Source: an uncultured beta proteobacterium
GTDB lineage: Bacteria > Pseudomonadota > Gammaproteobacteria > Burkholderiales > Burkholderiaceae_D
Direction: 5' to 3'
DNA length: 64,000 nt
Assembly: GCA_963837775.1 (NCBI GenBank)
Contig: CAWIOX010000007.1
Coordinates: 57,401-121,400 of the forward strand
Shown: one piece after another, positions 49,075 to 59,186 of the stretch
How the letters are laid out: each line of letters starts with the position of its first letter
Position numbering within the stretch: position 1 is the stretch's first letter
Notes under the pieces: model-generated
What the model was told of the DNA's origin: nothing
Database searches by the model: none
The model's input: only the letters and a program-made list of their open reading frames with translations
Made by a program: the position numbers and the translations under genes

Positions 49075-49078
49075 ATGC

Positions 49079-49137
49079 CCGGAAGAATTCCGCAAGCGCA
49101 GCGGCGCTGATTGAGGGCTCGTTTGCATTTTTGCCGG
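49079..49137 (+). repeat. direct repeat, right copy
   Basis: CCGGAAGAATTCCGCAAGCGCAGCGGCGCTGATTGAGGGCTCGTTTGCATTTTTGCCGG. Confidence 0.9.
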
Positions 49138-49179
49138 AGCGGCTATCATGACGGAACATCTAATCCACTTGAAACCCGA

Positions 49180-49806
49180 ATGAAGCTGCAAGCCAAAGAG
49201 CTGGAACAGATCGCCGACCATACGCTGGCGCATTACAACCAGAGCGCCGACGCGTTCTGGCAGGGCACGCGCACGCACGATGTCAGCCATAACATCGCAT
49301 CTCTGCTGCAGGCGATCGAGGGCACGCCGCCTTTCACGATCCTGGATTTCGGCTGCGGGCCGGGGCGCGACCTGATCAGCTTCAGCCGCCTCGGCCATAT
49401 TGCGGTCGGGCTGGAAGGGGCGCAGAATTTTGCCGTGATGGCGCGCGAAAACAGCGGCTGCGAAGTGTGGCAGCAGAATTTCCTGGAACTGGCATTGCCG
49501 GACAGCCATTTCGATGGCGTGTTCGCGAATGCGTCGCTATTCCACGTGCCGAGCCAGGAGCTGCCGCGCGTGCTGCGTGCGTTGCATGCGACGCTGAAAC
49601 CGGGCGGCGTGCTGTTCAGCTCCAACCCGCGCGGACACAACGAGGAGGGCTGGCACGGCGGGCGCTACGGCACTTATCACGATCTGGAAAGCTGGCGGCG
49701 CTACATGACGGACGCGGGTTTCGTTGAGGTAACGCACTATTACCGGCCGGAAGGCTTGCCGCGCGCGCAGCAGCCGTGGCTGGCCAGCGTCTGGCGGCGT
49801 AAGTAA
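49180..49806 (+). CDS. class I SAM-dependent methyltransferase
   Basis: ILDFGCGPGRD motif I and LKPGGVLF. The start is taken at MKLQAKELEQ. Confidence 0.8.
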   Translation: MKLQAKELEQIADHTLAHYNQSADAFWQGTRTHDVSHNIASLLQAIEGTPPFTILDFGCGPGRDLISFSRLGHIAVGLEGAQNFAVMARENSGCEVWQQNFLELALPDSHFDGVFANASLFHVPSQELPRVLRALHATLKPGGVLFSSNPRGHNEEGWHGGRYGTYHDLESWRRYMTDAGFVEVTHYYRPEGLPRAQQPWLASVWRRK

Positions 49807-49809
49807 GCG

Positions 49810-50992
49810 TCAGGCATGCAGCAGCGGGTAGACGATCAGGCCGATGATGGCTGCGCCGGCGACGATCAGCGGTTCCTGCAGTTTCTTGAAGCGCCATAGC
49901 AGCGCAACCGTCGCCAGCGCGATCAGGATGGTCGGGACATCGACCAGCGAGCGCCTGGCGATCACGATCACCGAGCCGGCAATCGCACCGATGGCGGCCG
50001 CGGTAATCCCGTCGACGAACGCAATCACGCCCGGCACCCTGCCGTATTTCTTGAAATAGGGCGCCGGAATGATGGTAAACAGGTAGCAGGGCAGGAAGGT
50101 CGCCAGCGCCGCGACGCAGGCGCCGGGCAAGCCGGCGATCAGGTAGCCGATGAAGCCGACCGTGATCACCACCGGCCCCGGCGTGATCATCGCCACCGCC
50201 ACCGCATCGACAAACTGCTTGTCGTTGAGCCAGTGATGCTCGGTCACCACGCCGCCATACAGGAAGGGCACGATCGCCAGGCCGGAGCCGAACACGAAGG
50301 CGCCGGCCTTGGCGAAGAACAGCCCGATCTGGGTCAGCAACGAGACATCCACCGTACTCCACAGGCTGCCGGCGATGCGGCAGTTGCGCCAACGCGGCGG
50401 CGTTGAGCCCGTTCTTGCCGAGCCATGCCGGCGGCGCACGCCACAGCCATACCGTGACGCCGGCTGCGATGAACAGCCAGGCGATTTCGGATTCGGTCAC
50501 CACCGTCACCGCCGCCAGCAGCAGATAAATCGCCCACAGCAATTTGTCTGTGCCGATGCTCTTGCTGGTGAGTTTTTTGGCGCTCATGACAATAATCCCG
50601 ATCACCGCCGCGCCGACGCCATAGAACACCGATTGCATCCACGTGATGCCGCCGAAGCGCACATAGGCCCAGCCCAGCGCCAGCACCATCAGGAACGACG
50701 GGATCACGAACGCCAGCCCGACCAGCGTGGCGCCGACAATGCGGTAATGCACGTAGCCGATGTAGATCGCCAGTTGCGCCGCCAGCGGCCCCGGCGCCAG
50801 TTGCGCCAGCGCCAGCCCTTCCTTGTAGTCGGCGGCGCTGAGCCACTGCCGCTGTTCGACCAGGTCGCGCTGCATGTAACCGACCAGCGCCACCGGCCCG
50901 CCGAAGCCGAGCGCGCCCAGGCGCAGCATGTAGAGCACCAGTTGCCACAGGGTGTAGACGGGTTTGTCGCTGGCTGGTGCCATGGTATTCAA
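49810..50992 (-). pseudogene. chrA: chromate transporter ChrA, one frameshift near 50370-50385
   Basis: ORF 49616..50992 gives the N-terminal CHR half (LGALGFGGPVALVGYM...LAQLAPGP). ORF 49810..50439 gives the second half (FAKAGAFVFGSGLAIVPF...ITPGPVV). Confidence 0.85.
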
Positions 50993-51031
50993 AGCACTCT
51001 CCTTATAGATTCGGAACGAATAAGGCCAACG

Positions 51032-52003
51032 CTACTTGTCCTTGCGGCGTGCTGCATAGCGTTGCGCCAGCACCGCGCACACCATCAGCTGGATCTGGTG
51101 GAACAGCATCAGCGGCAGCACGATCGCGCCGACCGTGGGGCCGGCAAACAGCACCTTGGCCATCGGGATGCCGCTGGCCAGGCTTTTTTTCGAGCCGCAG
51201 AAGACGATCGCGATCTCGTCTTCCTTGTTGAATCCGAGCCGGCGTGCGGCCAGCGTGCTCAAGCCCAGCACCAGCGCCAGCAGGATGCAGCACAGCACGC
51301 ACAGGCCGAGCAGCGCCAGCGGCGGCAGCTGGGACCACAATCCCTGGCTGACCGCTTCGCTGAACGCGGTATACACCACCAGCAGGATCGAACCCTGATC
51401 GACCATTTTCAGCATGATCTGGCGCCGGTGCACCCAGTGCCCGATCCATTTGCGCGCAATCTGGCCGGCAATGAAGGGCAGCAGCAATTGCAGGCCGATG
51501 CGGGTGATCGAGTCCAGCGACGAGGTGCCGGCCTCATGCGCGACCACGATCAGGCCCACCAGTGCCGGCGTCAGGAAAATGCCCAGCAGATTGGAGGTGG
51601 TTGCGCTGCAGACGGCGGCCGCCACATTGCCGCGCGCCACCGAGGTGAACGCAATCGACGACTGCACGGTGGACGGCAGCACGCACACGAACAGGATGCC
51701 CAGATACAGCTCCGGCGTCACCAGCGGCAACAGCAGCGGCTTGAGCGCCAGTCCCAGCAGCGGAAACAGCGCGAAGGTGCAAGTCAGAACAGTCAGGTGC
51801 AGCCGCCAGTGCCGCACGCCGGCCAGCAGCGTTTCGCGCGGCAGTTTCGCGCCATGCAGGAAGAACAGCAGGCCGATCGCGAACGTGGTCACGCCGTTGA
51901 ACACCTGCGCGCTGCGGCCTGTGCAGGGCAGGACGCTGGCGGCCAGCACGGTAGCCAGCAGCGCCAGCGTGAAGTTGTCGGGCAAAAAACGGGGACGCGC
52001 CAT
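51032..52003 (-). CDS. bile acid:Na+ symporter (BASS/YfeH-like) family transporter
   Basis: Start MARPRFLPDNFTL and a polytopic body with LPSTVQSSIAFTSVARGNVAAAV. Confidence 0.8.
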   Translation of the reverse strand: MARPRFLPDNFTLALLATVLAASVLPCTGRSAQVFNGVTTFAIGLLFFLHGAKLPRETLLAGVRHWRLHLTVLTCTFALFPLLGLALKPLLLPLVTPELYLGILFVCVLPSTVQSSIAFTSVARGNVAAAVCSATTSNLLGIFLTPALVGLIVVAHEAGTSSLDSITRIGLQLLLPFIAGQIARKWIGHWVHRRQIMLKMVDQGSILLVVYTAFSEAVSQGLWSQLPPLALLGLCVLCCILLALVLGLSTLAARRLGFNKEDEIAIVFCGSKKSLASGIPMAKVLFAGPTVGAIVLPLMLFHQIQLMVCAVLAQRYAARRKDK

Positions 52004-52163
52004 CGGAAACCTGTCAGAAGTGGAGTGCGGCTGTGCCGGGGCCGGAAAATTGCCTGCGGCGACGAGCATGAAAGGACGATTTTAAGGCATGAATGGGCTA
52101 CGGCGGCAGTGCGGTAACGGTTGCAGCTGTTTTAACCGATAATCATGCTGTAAATATACAGGT

Positions 52164-52226
52164 GGGGGTATTTTTAAAAATGCAGGTAATCATTGCGGCA
52201 ACGGCATTGTTCAGTCCTATACCCCC
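52164..52226 (-). repeat. GGGGGTAT-family intergenic repeat, copy 4 (reverse orientation)
   Basis: The reverse complement GGGGGTATAGGACTGAACAATGCCGTTGCCGCAATGATTACCTGCATTTTTAAAAATACCCCC closely matches copy 1. It has a perfect 8-bp TIR. Confidence 0.8.
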
Positions 52227-52450
52227 TTAATTATGAGTATATTGCGCACGGCCAAGACGCATTGCATTTAGCCGTGCGCCGGATCCGGTACGGGAGTTTG
52301 ACCAAGGGAGCCGGATCAATATCAAAGACGCCGCGCACGATCTCGTTGGATAATGGCGGCAATGAAAAGGGGCCGGCATCGGCGCCGCCGGTGTTTTGGG
52401 CTGAGGTTCGCATTTTTTAACCTGAGTTTTGCGTATTTTTAGACAATAAA

Positions 52451-53089
52451 GTGGTCATGAGCATGGGACATCTGGATACATTCATCATCGGCATCGACAA
52501 GGCCTTGCGCGTGGTGGCCGGGGTGGCGTCGGCATCGCGCCCGAACCCGGCCGCGCACGCCGCCGACGGCGAGCTGGACGAGGCGCAGAAGCGCCATAGC
52601 GCCGGGCTGATGCGGGTCAATCACGTCGGTGAAGTCTGCGCGCAAGCGTTGTATGACGCCCAAGGCCGCTTTGCCAAGAGCGAGGCGATGCAACAGCAAT
52701 TCGCGCAAGCCGGGCGCGAGGAAGAGGATCACCTGGCGTGGACCGCGCAGCGGGTGCAGGAACTGGGCTCGCACCTGAGCCTGTTCAATCCGTTGTGGTA
52801 TGCGGGCGCCTATGCGCTGGGCACGATCGCCGCCAATCTGGGCGATGCCCGCAGCCTGGGTTTCGTGGTCGAGACCGAGCGCCAGGTCGAAGCCCATCTG
52901 GAAAGCCATCTGGACAGCCTGCCGCCGCAGGATGCGAAGTCGCGCGCAATCGTCGAGCAGATGCGCGTGGACGAGATCGCGCATGGCGCGGCAGCCCAGG
53001 CGCTGGGCGCGGTAGCGTTGCCGGCGCCGGTGCAGGCGGCGATGCAGGCGATGGCCAAGGTGATGACCACCACCGCGTATTACTTATAG
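52451..53089 (+). CDS. coq7: demethoxyubiquinone hydroxylase (di-iron carboxylate)
   Basis: [32 protein letters not shown] and VDEIAHG di-iron motifs. Confidence 0.88.
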   Translation: MVMSMGHLDTFIIGIDKALRVVAGVASASRPNPAAHAADGELDEAQKRHSAGLMRVNHVGEVCAQALYDAQGRFAKSEAMQQQFAQAGREEEDHLAWTAQRVQELGSHLSLFNPLWYAGAYALGTIAANLGDARSLGFVVETERQVEAHLESHLDSLPPQDAKSRAIVEQMRVDEIAHGAAAQALGAVALPAPVQAAMQAMAKVMTTTAYYL

Positions 53090-53162
53090 ATTTGAGTCTT
53101 GAAGGCAGGCGAGCCAGAAAATGCGGCGGCCTGCCTGCGAGTGAGCGCCTGCTCAGTCAGCC

Positions 53163-53615
53163 GCAACGGCTTGTACCAGATCGTCGACGATCTCGAACGA
53201 ATGCGTGATTTCGGCGGTTTTTTCCATCATGATGGACGCGGAGCAATATTTTTCGTGCGACAGCTTGATCGCACGCTCGACCAGGTTCGGTTTCAGGTTG
53301 CGGCCGCTGACCGTGAAGTGGAAGTGGACCTTGGTGAATACCTTGGGTCTCGGTTTCCGCCCGTTCCGCCTTCAGCGTCACATCGCAGCCGCGCACATCC
53401 TGCCGGCTCTTGCGCAGAATCAGCACCACATCATAGGCGGTGCAGCCGCCGGTGCCGGCCAATACCAGCTCCATCGGCCGTGGCGCCAGATCGCGGCCGC
53501 CGCCCTCCGGCGCGCCATCCATCGCGACCAGATGACCGGAGCCGGTCTCGGCTAAAAACGTCATGCCGGACAAGCCGGTCCAGCGTACTGTGCATTCCAT
53601 GGTTTTCTCACTCAA
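53163..53615 (-). pseudogene. OsmC-family peroxiredoxin-like protein, one frameshift near 53335-53350
   Basis: The N-terminal part is in ORF 53157..53615 (PMELVLAGTGGCTAYDVV). The C-terminal part KVFTKVHFHFTVSGRNL...SHEKYCSASIMM...stop at 53163 was found by translating the adjacent frame. Confidence 0.75.
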
Positions 53616-53870
53616 AAAATCGCAGCGCTAATTGTAACTGCAGTCACTGGCGCAGGAAGAATCATTGCAGGCGCGAATTTGCGCTCAATCGAGTGCAGGA
53701 AACCGTTGCCGATAACAGTTTATGCTGCAGTGCAACTAGGAATTTTTATTGAAGAATTATTTTTATAATCGGCTTGTAAGTCTAAGTTTTTGATTCTAAA
53801 GGTAGTTATTTTTTCATTGAGAGATAAATTTCTCATGAGAAATAAATAGTCAGGATTCTGAAAAATTACC

Positions 53871-53898
53871 TTGCGCTGCACAATTGCCTTGCTATAAT
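53871..53898 (+). promoter_or_regulatory. sigma70-type promoter of an orphan short transcript
   Basis: TTGCGC, a 16-nt spacer, then TGcTATAAT (extended -10). Confidence 0.5.
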
Positions 53899-53904
53899 TT
53901 ATTC

Positions 53905-54007
53905 ATCGGTTGGCATTGCAGCAGATGCAGCGACAACCAGGCAGTGTCTCCTCCACCCCTCCTAGGAAGTGGATTCAGCCCGAAGCTAAGCACTTCGGGT
54001 TTTTTTT
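53905..54007 (+). ncRNA. candidate ~100-nt sRNA with CCUCC (anti-Shine-Dalgarno-like) motifs
   Basis: The promoter above plus the intrinsic terminator CCCGAAG-ctaagca-CTTCGGG-T8 enclose about 100 nt with no ORF. The internal sequence is GUCUCCUCCACCCCUCCUAGGAAGUGGA (stem UCCAC/GUGGA, loop with CCUCCU). Confidence 0.4.
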
Positions 54008-54062
54008 GTCTTAAAGGGCAATGTTGCTGCTACCACATAATTCACAGGGTCTGCAATTAGAT

Positions 54063-54092
54063 TTGACGGCAAGTGCTTGAAAAGGTTATAAT
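54063..54092 (+). promoter_or_regulatory. putative rplM-rpsI promoter
   Basis: TTGACG, an 18-nt spacer, then TATAAT, about 115 nt upstream of the rplM start. Confidence 0.5.
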
Positions 54093-54208
54093 TTTCGGCT
54101 TTCTGTTCGCTCAGGAAAGAGATGATAAGGCAGAGTCCGCAGGCGCCAGTGATGGCGGGCATAAGCGGAACCACCAATTTGAGCGTTTAATCTAGTTAGG
54201 AAGTCAAC

Positions 54209-54638
54209 ATGAAAACTTTTTCCGCTAAAGGCCATGAGGTCAAGCGCGAGTGGTTGGTGATTGACGCGACGGACAAAGTCCTCGGACGTGTTGCCAGCGA
54301 AGTGGCACTCCGATTGCGCGGCAAGCATAAGCCAGAATTTACACCGCACGTCGACACCGGCGATTTTATCGTTGTTGTCAATGCAGGCAAACTGCGTGTA
54401 ACAGGCACTAAAGCAACCAGACAAAACATACTATCGCCACACTGGTTATCCAGGCGGTATCTATGAAACAAACTTCAAGAAAATGCAAGAGCGTTTTCCA
54501 GGTCGTGCGCTCGAGAAAGCGGTCAAGGGCATGTTGCCTAAAGGCCCGCTCGGCTACGCAATGATCAAGAAGCTGAAAGTGTACGCGGAAGGTTCCCATC
54601 CGCACGCTGCGCAGCAACCTAAAGCACTTGAACTCTAA
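54209..54638 (+). pseudogene. rplM: 50S ribosomal protein L13, apparent 1-nt insertion near 54415-54425 (almost certainly a sequence error)
   Basis: [33 protein letters not shown]...VTGTKAT is in one frame. [42 protein letters not shown]...KALEL-stop is in the next. The span is 430 nt, i.e. 3n+1. Confidence 0.92.
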
Positions 54639-54647
54639 GGAATAGAC

Positions 54648-55040
54648 ATGATCGGTAACTACAATTACGGAACCGGCCGTCGCAAGAGTGCAGTGGCTCG
54701 CGTATTCATCAAGGTTGGTACTGGCTTGATCGTTGTCAACGGCAAACCGGCAAACGAGTATTTCTCGCGTGAAACTGGCTTGATGGTCATCCGTCAACCG
54801 CTGGAACTGACTGGCAATGTTGAGCGTTTTGACATCATGGTCAACGTCAACGGCGGCGGCGAATCCGGCCAGGCTGGTGCAGTGCGTCACGGCATCACCC
54901 GTGCACTGATCGACTACGATGCAGCACTGAAACCGGATCTGTCAAAAGCAGGTTTCGTTACACGTGATGCGCGTGAAGTCGAACGTAAAAAAGTTGGTCT
55001 GCGCAAAGCACGTCGCGCAAAACAATTCTCCAAGCGTTAA
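54648..55040 (+). CDS. rpsI: 30S ribosomal protein S9
   Basis: 130 aa with [12 protein letters not shown] and C-terminal RRAKQFSKR. Confidence 0.95.
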   Translation: MIGNYNYGTGRRKSAVARVFIKVGTGLIVVNGKPANEYFSRETGLMVIRQPLELTGNVERFDIMVNVNGGGESGQAGAVRHGITRALIDYDAALKPDLSKAGFVTRDAREVERKKVGLRKARRAKQFSKR

Positions 55041-55085
55041 TATTTCCGGCGTTGCTCAACTTATTGTTGGGCAGCAAAGAAAAGA

Positions 55086-55117
55086 AAAAGCCGCCGGGTT
55101 ATCCCGGCGGTTTTTTT
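55086..55117 (+). terminator. rho-independent terminator after rpsI
   Basis: AAAAAGCCGCCGGG-ttat-CCCGGCGGTTTTTTT. Confidence 0.85.
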
Positions 55118-55232
55118 ATTGGTGAAAGCATCGTTGGGCCGACGTGATGCGAATCCTTCGCGTTCATCGCCTGCTAAAATAGAAAACTCAGGAACTTGCA
55201 CGTTCCTTCGTTCAGCCATGCAAGGAAAAGAC

Positions 55233-56270
55233 ATGATCAAAGTCGGCATCGTCGGCGGTACAGGTTATACAGGCGTGGAGTTGCTGCGCTTGTTGGCAAC
55301 CCACCCGGAAGTTCAACTCACCGCCATCACATCGCGCAAGGAAGATGGGCTGCCAGTGGCAGACATGTATCCGTCGCTGCGCGGCCGCGTGCCGCTGGCC
55401 TTCTCATCGCCGGAAAAAGCCCGCCTGACCGAATGCGATGTGGTCTTTTTCGCGACTCCGCACGGCGTTGCGATGGCGCAAGCCCGTGAATTGCTGGATG
55501 CCGGCGTTAAAGTCATCGACCTTGCTGCCGATTTCCGCCTGCAGGATACCGCGCAGTTCGAACAATGGTATGGCATGCCGCATGGCTGCCCGGAGCTGCT
55601 GGCCGAAGCCGTGTACGGTTTGCCGGAACTGCATCGCGCGGCGATCAAGACCGCGCGCATCGTCGGCAACCCCGGTTGCTACCCGACCACGATGCAACTG
55701 GGCTTTTATCCCTTGCTCAAGGCCGGTGTGGTCGATGCATCGCATCTGATTGCCGATTGCAAATCCGGCGTGTCCGGCGCCGGTCGCAAGGCCGAAATCG
55801 GTTTTCTGTTCGCCGAATCCAGCGACAACTTCAAGGCGTATGGCGTGTCCGGCCATCGCCACACACCGGAAACCGTGGAGCAGCTGCAGCGCATGACCGA
55901 TGACAAGGTCGGTTTGCTGTTTACCCCGCATCTGGTGCCGATGATCCGCGGCATGCACTCGACGCTGTATGCGCGTTTGACTGCTGATATTGACAACCAG
56001 GCGCTGCAGGCGCTGTTCGAAAACGCCTACAAGGACGAACCTTTCGTCGATGTGATGCCGTTCGGCACCCATCCCGAGACACGCTCCACACGCGCTTCGA
56101 ACATGTTGCGCCTGTCGGTACATCGTCCGGCCGGCGGCGATACGGTGGTGGTACTGGTGGTGCAGGATAATCTGGTCAAGGGTGCGTCCGGGCAGGCGGT
56201 GCAATGCATGAACATCCTGTTCGGACTGGACGAAACGACCGGCCTGTCGCACGTACCGGTGTTGCCATAA
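55233..56270 (+). CDS. argC: N-acetyl-gamma-glutamyl-phosphate reductase
   Basis: [21 protein letters not shown] and the catalytic GNPGCYPT. Confidence 0.92.
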   Translation: MIKVGIVGGTGYTGVELLRLLATHPEVQLTAITSRKEDGLPVADMYPSLRGRVPLAFSSPEKARLTECDVVFFATPHGVAMAQARELLDAGVKVIDLAADFRLQDTAQFEQWYGMPHGCPELLAEAVYGLPELHRAAIKTARIVGNPGCYPTTMQLGFYPLLKAGVVDASHLIADCKSGVSGAGRKAEIGFLFAESSDNFKAYGVSGHRHTPETVEQLQRMTDDKVGLLFTPHLVPMIRGMHSTLYARLTADIDNQALQALFENAYKDEPFVDVMPFGTHPETRSTRASNMLRLSVHRPAGGDTVVVLVVQDNLVKGASGQAVQCMNILFGLDETTGLSHVPVLP

Positions 56271-56295
56271 TCATTGACAGCGGCCGAGGACTCCG

Positions 56296-57027
56296 GTGAA
56301 GCGCAGACTGTGGTTTCGCCGGTTCTCCGTTTCGGCGCCGAGGATGTCCGTCAAAAGCCATTTCTCATGGCCGCTGCGGGCATTGTTAATGATCGTCGTG
56401 CTAAGTTTGAGTGGCGCATTGGCGCTGTGGATATACAATCTGGGGCGCAGTATTACCGGATTCAATCCGGGCGCATCCGGGGAGCAATTGAGCCAATTGC
56501 AGGCGCAGCTTACCCGGCTTGGCAGTGAGCGCGACCGTTTGTCGGCAATCGCGAATTCGGCCGAATCCCGGCTGAACATCGAAATGTCAACACAGCAACA
56601 ACTGGCGCTTCAGGTCAAGGCCGTGACGGCGGAAAATAACCGTTTGAAAGAGGATCTGGCTTTTTTCGAAAGCCTGCTGCCGGCTGCGACCGGGCCGGAA
56701 GGCGTCACCTTAAGGCGTCTGAAAGCGGAGCTTGTGGCGCCGAATCAGATCCGTTATCAATTGCTGGCGATGCAGGGCGGCAAGGGAGAGCGTCCATTTA
56801 CAGGAACTTTGCAGTTTGCTGTAAATGTATTGCATGAAGGGAAAAATTCGGTGCTGCTGTTTCCTGATGCAAAAGCACAGGATACGAGCGCATTCCGCCT
56901 GGAATTTAAGCATTACCAGCGGGCTGATGGCTGGTTGAGTTTGCCCGACGGCGTTCATGTCAAGTCAGTGCAGGCGCGCGTGCTGGAGCAGGGCAAGATA
57001 CGGGCACAACAGTCCGTCAATTTTTAG
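56296..57027 (+). CDS. membrane-anchored coiled-coil hypothetical protein upstream of bactofilin
   Basis: 243 aa with one N-terminal TM (LLMIVVLSLSGALALWIY) and a heptad-rich segment (LQAQLTRLGSERDRL...ENNRLKEDLAFFE). Confidence 0.6.
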   Translation: MKRRLWFRRFSVSAPRMSVKSHFSWPLRALLMIVVLSLSGALALWIYNLGRSITGFNPGASGEQLSQLQAQLTRLGSERDRLSAIANSAESRLNIEMSTQQQLALQVKAVTAENNRLKEDLAFFESLLPAATGPEGVTLRRLKAELVAPNQIRYQLLAMQGGKGERPFTGTLQFAVNVLHEGKNSVLLFPDAKAQDTSAFRLEFKHYQRADGWLSLPDGVHVKSVQARVLEQGKIRAQQSVNF

Positions 57028-57038
57028 GGGAAAGCACG

Positions 57039-57428
57039 ATGTTCGGACGTAAATCCAGCAGTACGATTGATAGCCTGATCGGCGTCTCGACCCGCATCGA
57101 GGGCGACCTTCATTTCAAGGGTGGTTTGCGCATCGACGGCCATGTCAGGGGCAACGTGATTGCCGAGGTCGGCCAGCCCAGCATGCTGGTCATTTCCGAG
57201 CAGGCCAGGGTTGAGGGCGAAGTGCGGGTTGCGCATCTGGTCGTCAACGGCGAAATTATCGGTCCTGTGCATTCGTCCGAATTGCTTGAATTGCAGCCGA
57301 AAGCCCGCATAACCGGTGATGTATTTTATAAAACACTGGAAATGCATGGCGGCGCGCTGATTTCCGGCAAGCTTGCACACGAGCATACAGGTGAACCGAT
57401 CCTGAAACTGGCCATGTCCAATGCATGA
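57039..57428 (+). CDS. bactofilin (polymer-forming cytoskeletal protein)
   Basis: 129 aa with the beta-helical repeat pattern G.L.F.G.LRIDG.V.G.V...A.V.GEV. Confidence 0.8.
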   Translation: MFGRKSSSTIDSLIGVSTRIEGDLHFKGGLRIDGHVRGNVIAEVGQPSMLVISEQARVEGEVRVAHLVVNGEIIGPVHSSELLELQPKARITGDVFYKTLEMHGGALISGKLAHEHTGEPILKLAMSNA

Positions 57429-57480
57429 GTTCTGATGTGCGTCTATAATCGAAACATATTGTTCCTAGTAGGAGTCTGAA

Positions 57481-57840
57481 ATGAATGCCGTTACCGAAAT
57501 GCAGGATGCAGTACCCGCGCCAATCGTCTTTAGCGATAGTGCCGCACAAAAAGTAGCCGATCTGATTGCGGAAGAAGGCAATCCTGATCTGAAATTGCGC
57601 GTATTCGTACAGGGTGGCGGTTGCTCCGGTTTCCAGTATGGCTTCACTTTCGATGAAATCGTGAATGAAGACGACACCACGATGATGAAGAATGGTGTCA
57701 GCCTGCTGATCGATTCGATGAGTTTCCAGTATCTGGTCGGTGCCGAGATCGATTACAAGGATGATCTGGAAGGCGCACAATTCGTGATCAAGAATCCGAA
57801 TGCGAATACCACCTGCGGCTGCGGCTCCTCGTTTTCCTGA
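57481..57840 (+). CDS. erpA: iron-sulfur cluster insertion protein ErpA (HesB/IscA family)
   Basis: [11 protein letters not shown] and the C-terminal CGCGSSF. Confidence 0.9.
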   Translation: MNAVTEMQDAVPAPIVFSDSAAQKVADLIAEEGNPDLKLRVFVQGGGCSGFQYGFTFDEIVNEDDTTMMKNGVSLLIDSMSFQYLVGAEIDYKDDLEGAQFVIKNPNANTTCGCGSSFS

Positions 57841-57857
57841 GTTTCCGTTTCAGCATT

Positions 57858-57886
57858 AAAAAAAGGACGCCCGGCGTCCTTTTTTT
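57858..57886. terminator. bidirectional terminator between erpA and anmK
   Basis: AAAAAAAGGACGC-ccg-GCGTCCTTTTTTT. Confidence 0.85.
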
Positions 57887-57917
57887 ATGCCTGCAGCAAT
57901 GCAGCACCCAGCTGCTT

Positions 57918-59079
57918 TCAAGTGCCGGGATACAGCGCACCCAGTATCCGCAAGCCTTGCGCGCCGGTGACTGCCGGCAGGTTGCCCGACTAGTCGGCGG
58001 CAGAAACGCTGCGTCAGCCAGGCGAAGGCGAGTGCCTCCACCTGATTCGGAGGCAGACCCAGGACGGCTGTGGATGCGACGCAGGCGCTCTGGCCGCGTG
58101 CCCGCAAGGCCTGCTCCAGTGCTCGCATCAGGTGCCCGTTGTAGGCGCCGCCGCCGCACACATACACCGACTGTGCGTCGGCTGCATGTTGCTCGATGGC
58201 AGCAGACAGTGAGTTTGCGGTAAAGGCGGCGAGTGTGGCTTGCACATCCGCCGGGGCGGCGGCGCTGAAAGGGATCAGTTTGTGCGCCAGCCAGGCTGGA
58301 TGGAACAGGTCGCGACCGGTACTCTTGGGCGGCGCCAGAGCGAAAAAAGCTTCGTCCGACAGCGACGCCAGCAGTGCCGGCAGTACTGTGCCGCTGGCGG
58401 CCCAGCGACCATCGGCATCATAAGGCAGGCTCTGGTGCTGCATGATCCACGCGTCCATCAGCACGTTGCCGGGGCCGGTGTCAAAGCCGGTGATGTTTTC
58501 GTTCTCCTTGGCGTTGTCGCGGTTGTCCAGCACGCTGATGTTGCTGATGCCGCCGATATTGATCACGACACGGCAGGTGCCGGCTGCGCCGAATGCGGCC
58601 TGATGGAAGGCCGGCACCAGTGGTGCGCCCTGTCCGCCGGCAGCAATGTCGCGGCTGCGAAAGTCGGCCACCACGTCGATTCCGGTCAGTTCGGCCAGCA
58701 GCGCGGGGTTGTTGGTTTGGCGGGTGTAGCCCAGTTCCGGCCGGTGGCGTATGGTCTGGCCGTGTACCCCGATCGCGCGTATCTGGTCCCTGCTGATGTT
58801 GGCATTGGCCAGCAATTGCGCGACGCAGTCCGCATAGTGCGCTGCCAGCGCATTGGCCGCCAGTGCTTCGCGCTGGATCTCGTTTTCTCCGGGTGTCTGC
58901 AGCGCCATCAGTTCGGCGCGCAGAGCGGCCGGGAATGGCACGTAAGCGTCGGACAGGGTTTGCAAGCCGGCTTGCGTGCCGTCGGCAGGGAAACGCGCCA
59001 GAACGCCGTCAACCCCATCCAGGCTGGTGCCGGACATGAGGCCGATGGTGCAGATGTCAGTGTGGGATGTTTGGGGCAT
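57918..59079 (-). pseudogene. anmK: anhydro-N-acetylmuramic acid kinase, one frameshift near 57990-57995
   Basis: IGLMSGTSLDGVD, DIAAGGQGAPL, GFDTGPGN and VCGGGA. The true C-terminus GNLPAVTGAQGLRILGALYPGT-stop is in the adjacent frame. Confidence 0.88.
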
Positions 59080-59186
59080 AAAAAAACCGTTCACGAATAC
59101 CCGATTTTACAAGGATAGTGCGGTGAACGGATTTTATGACAGCTGATCGGCCGAAATCGCTTGAAATTTCAGCCGATAACAAAGAC

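Noticed and set aside
57986-57997. The 12-bp palindrome CCGACTAGTCGG (contains a SpeI site and CTAG) exactly at the anmK frameshift, considered as an engineered linker or insertion scar.
   Set aside because: Removing a single G restores a plausible AnmK C-terminus (RFCRRLSGNLPAVTG...). There is no extra foreign sequence, so a one-base indel explains it.
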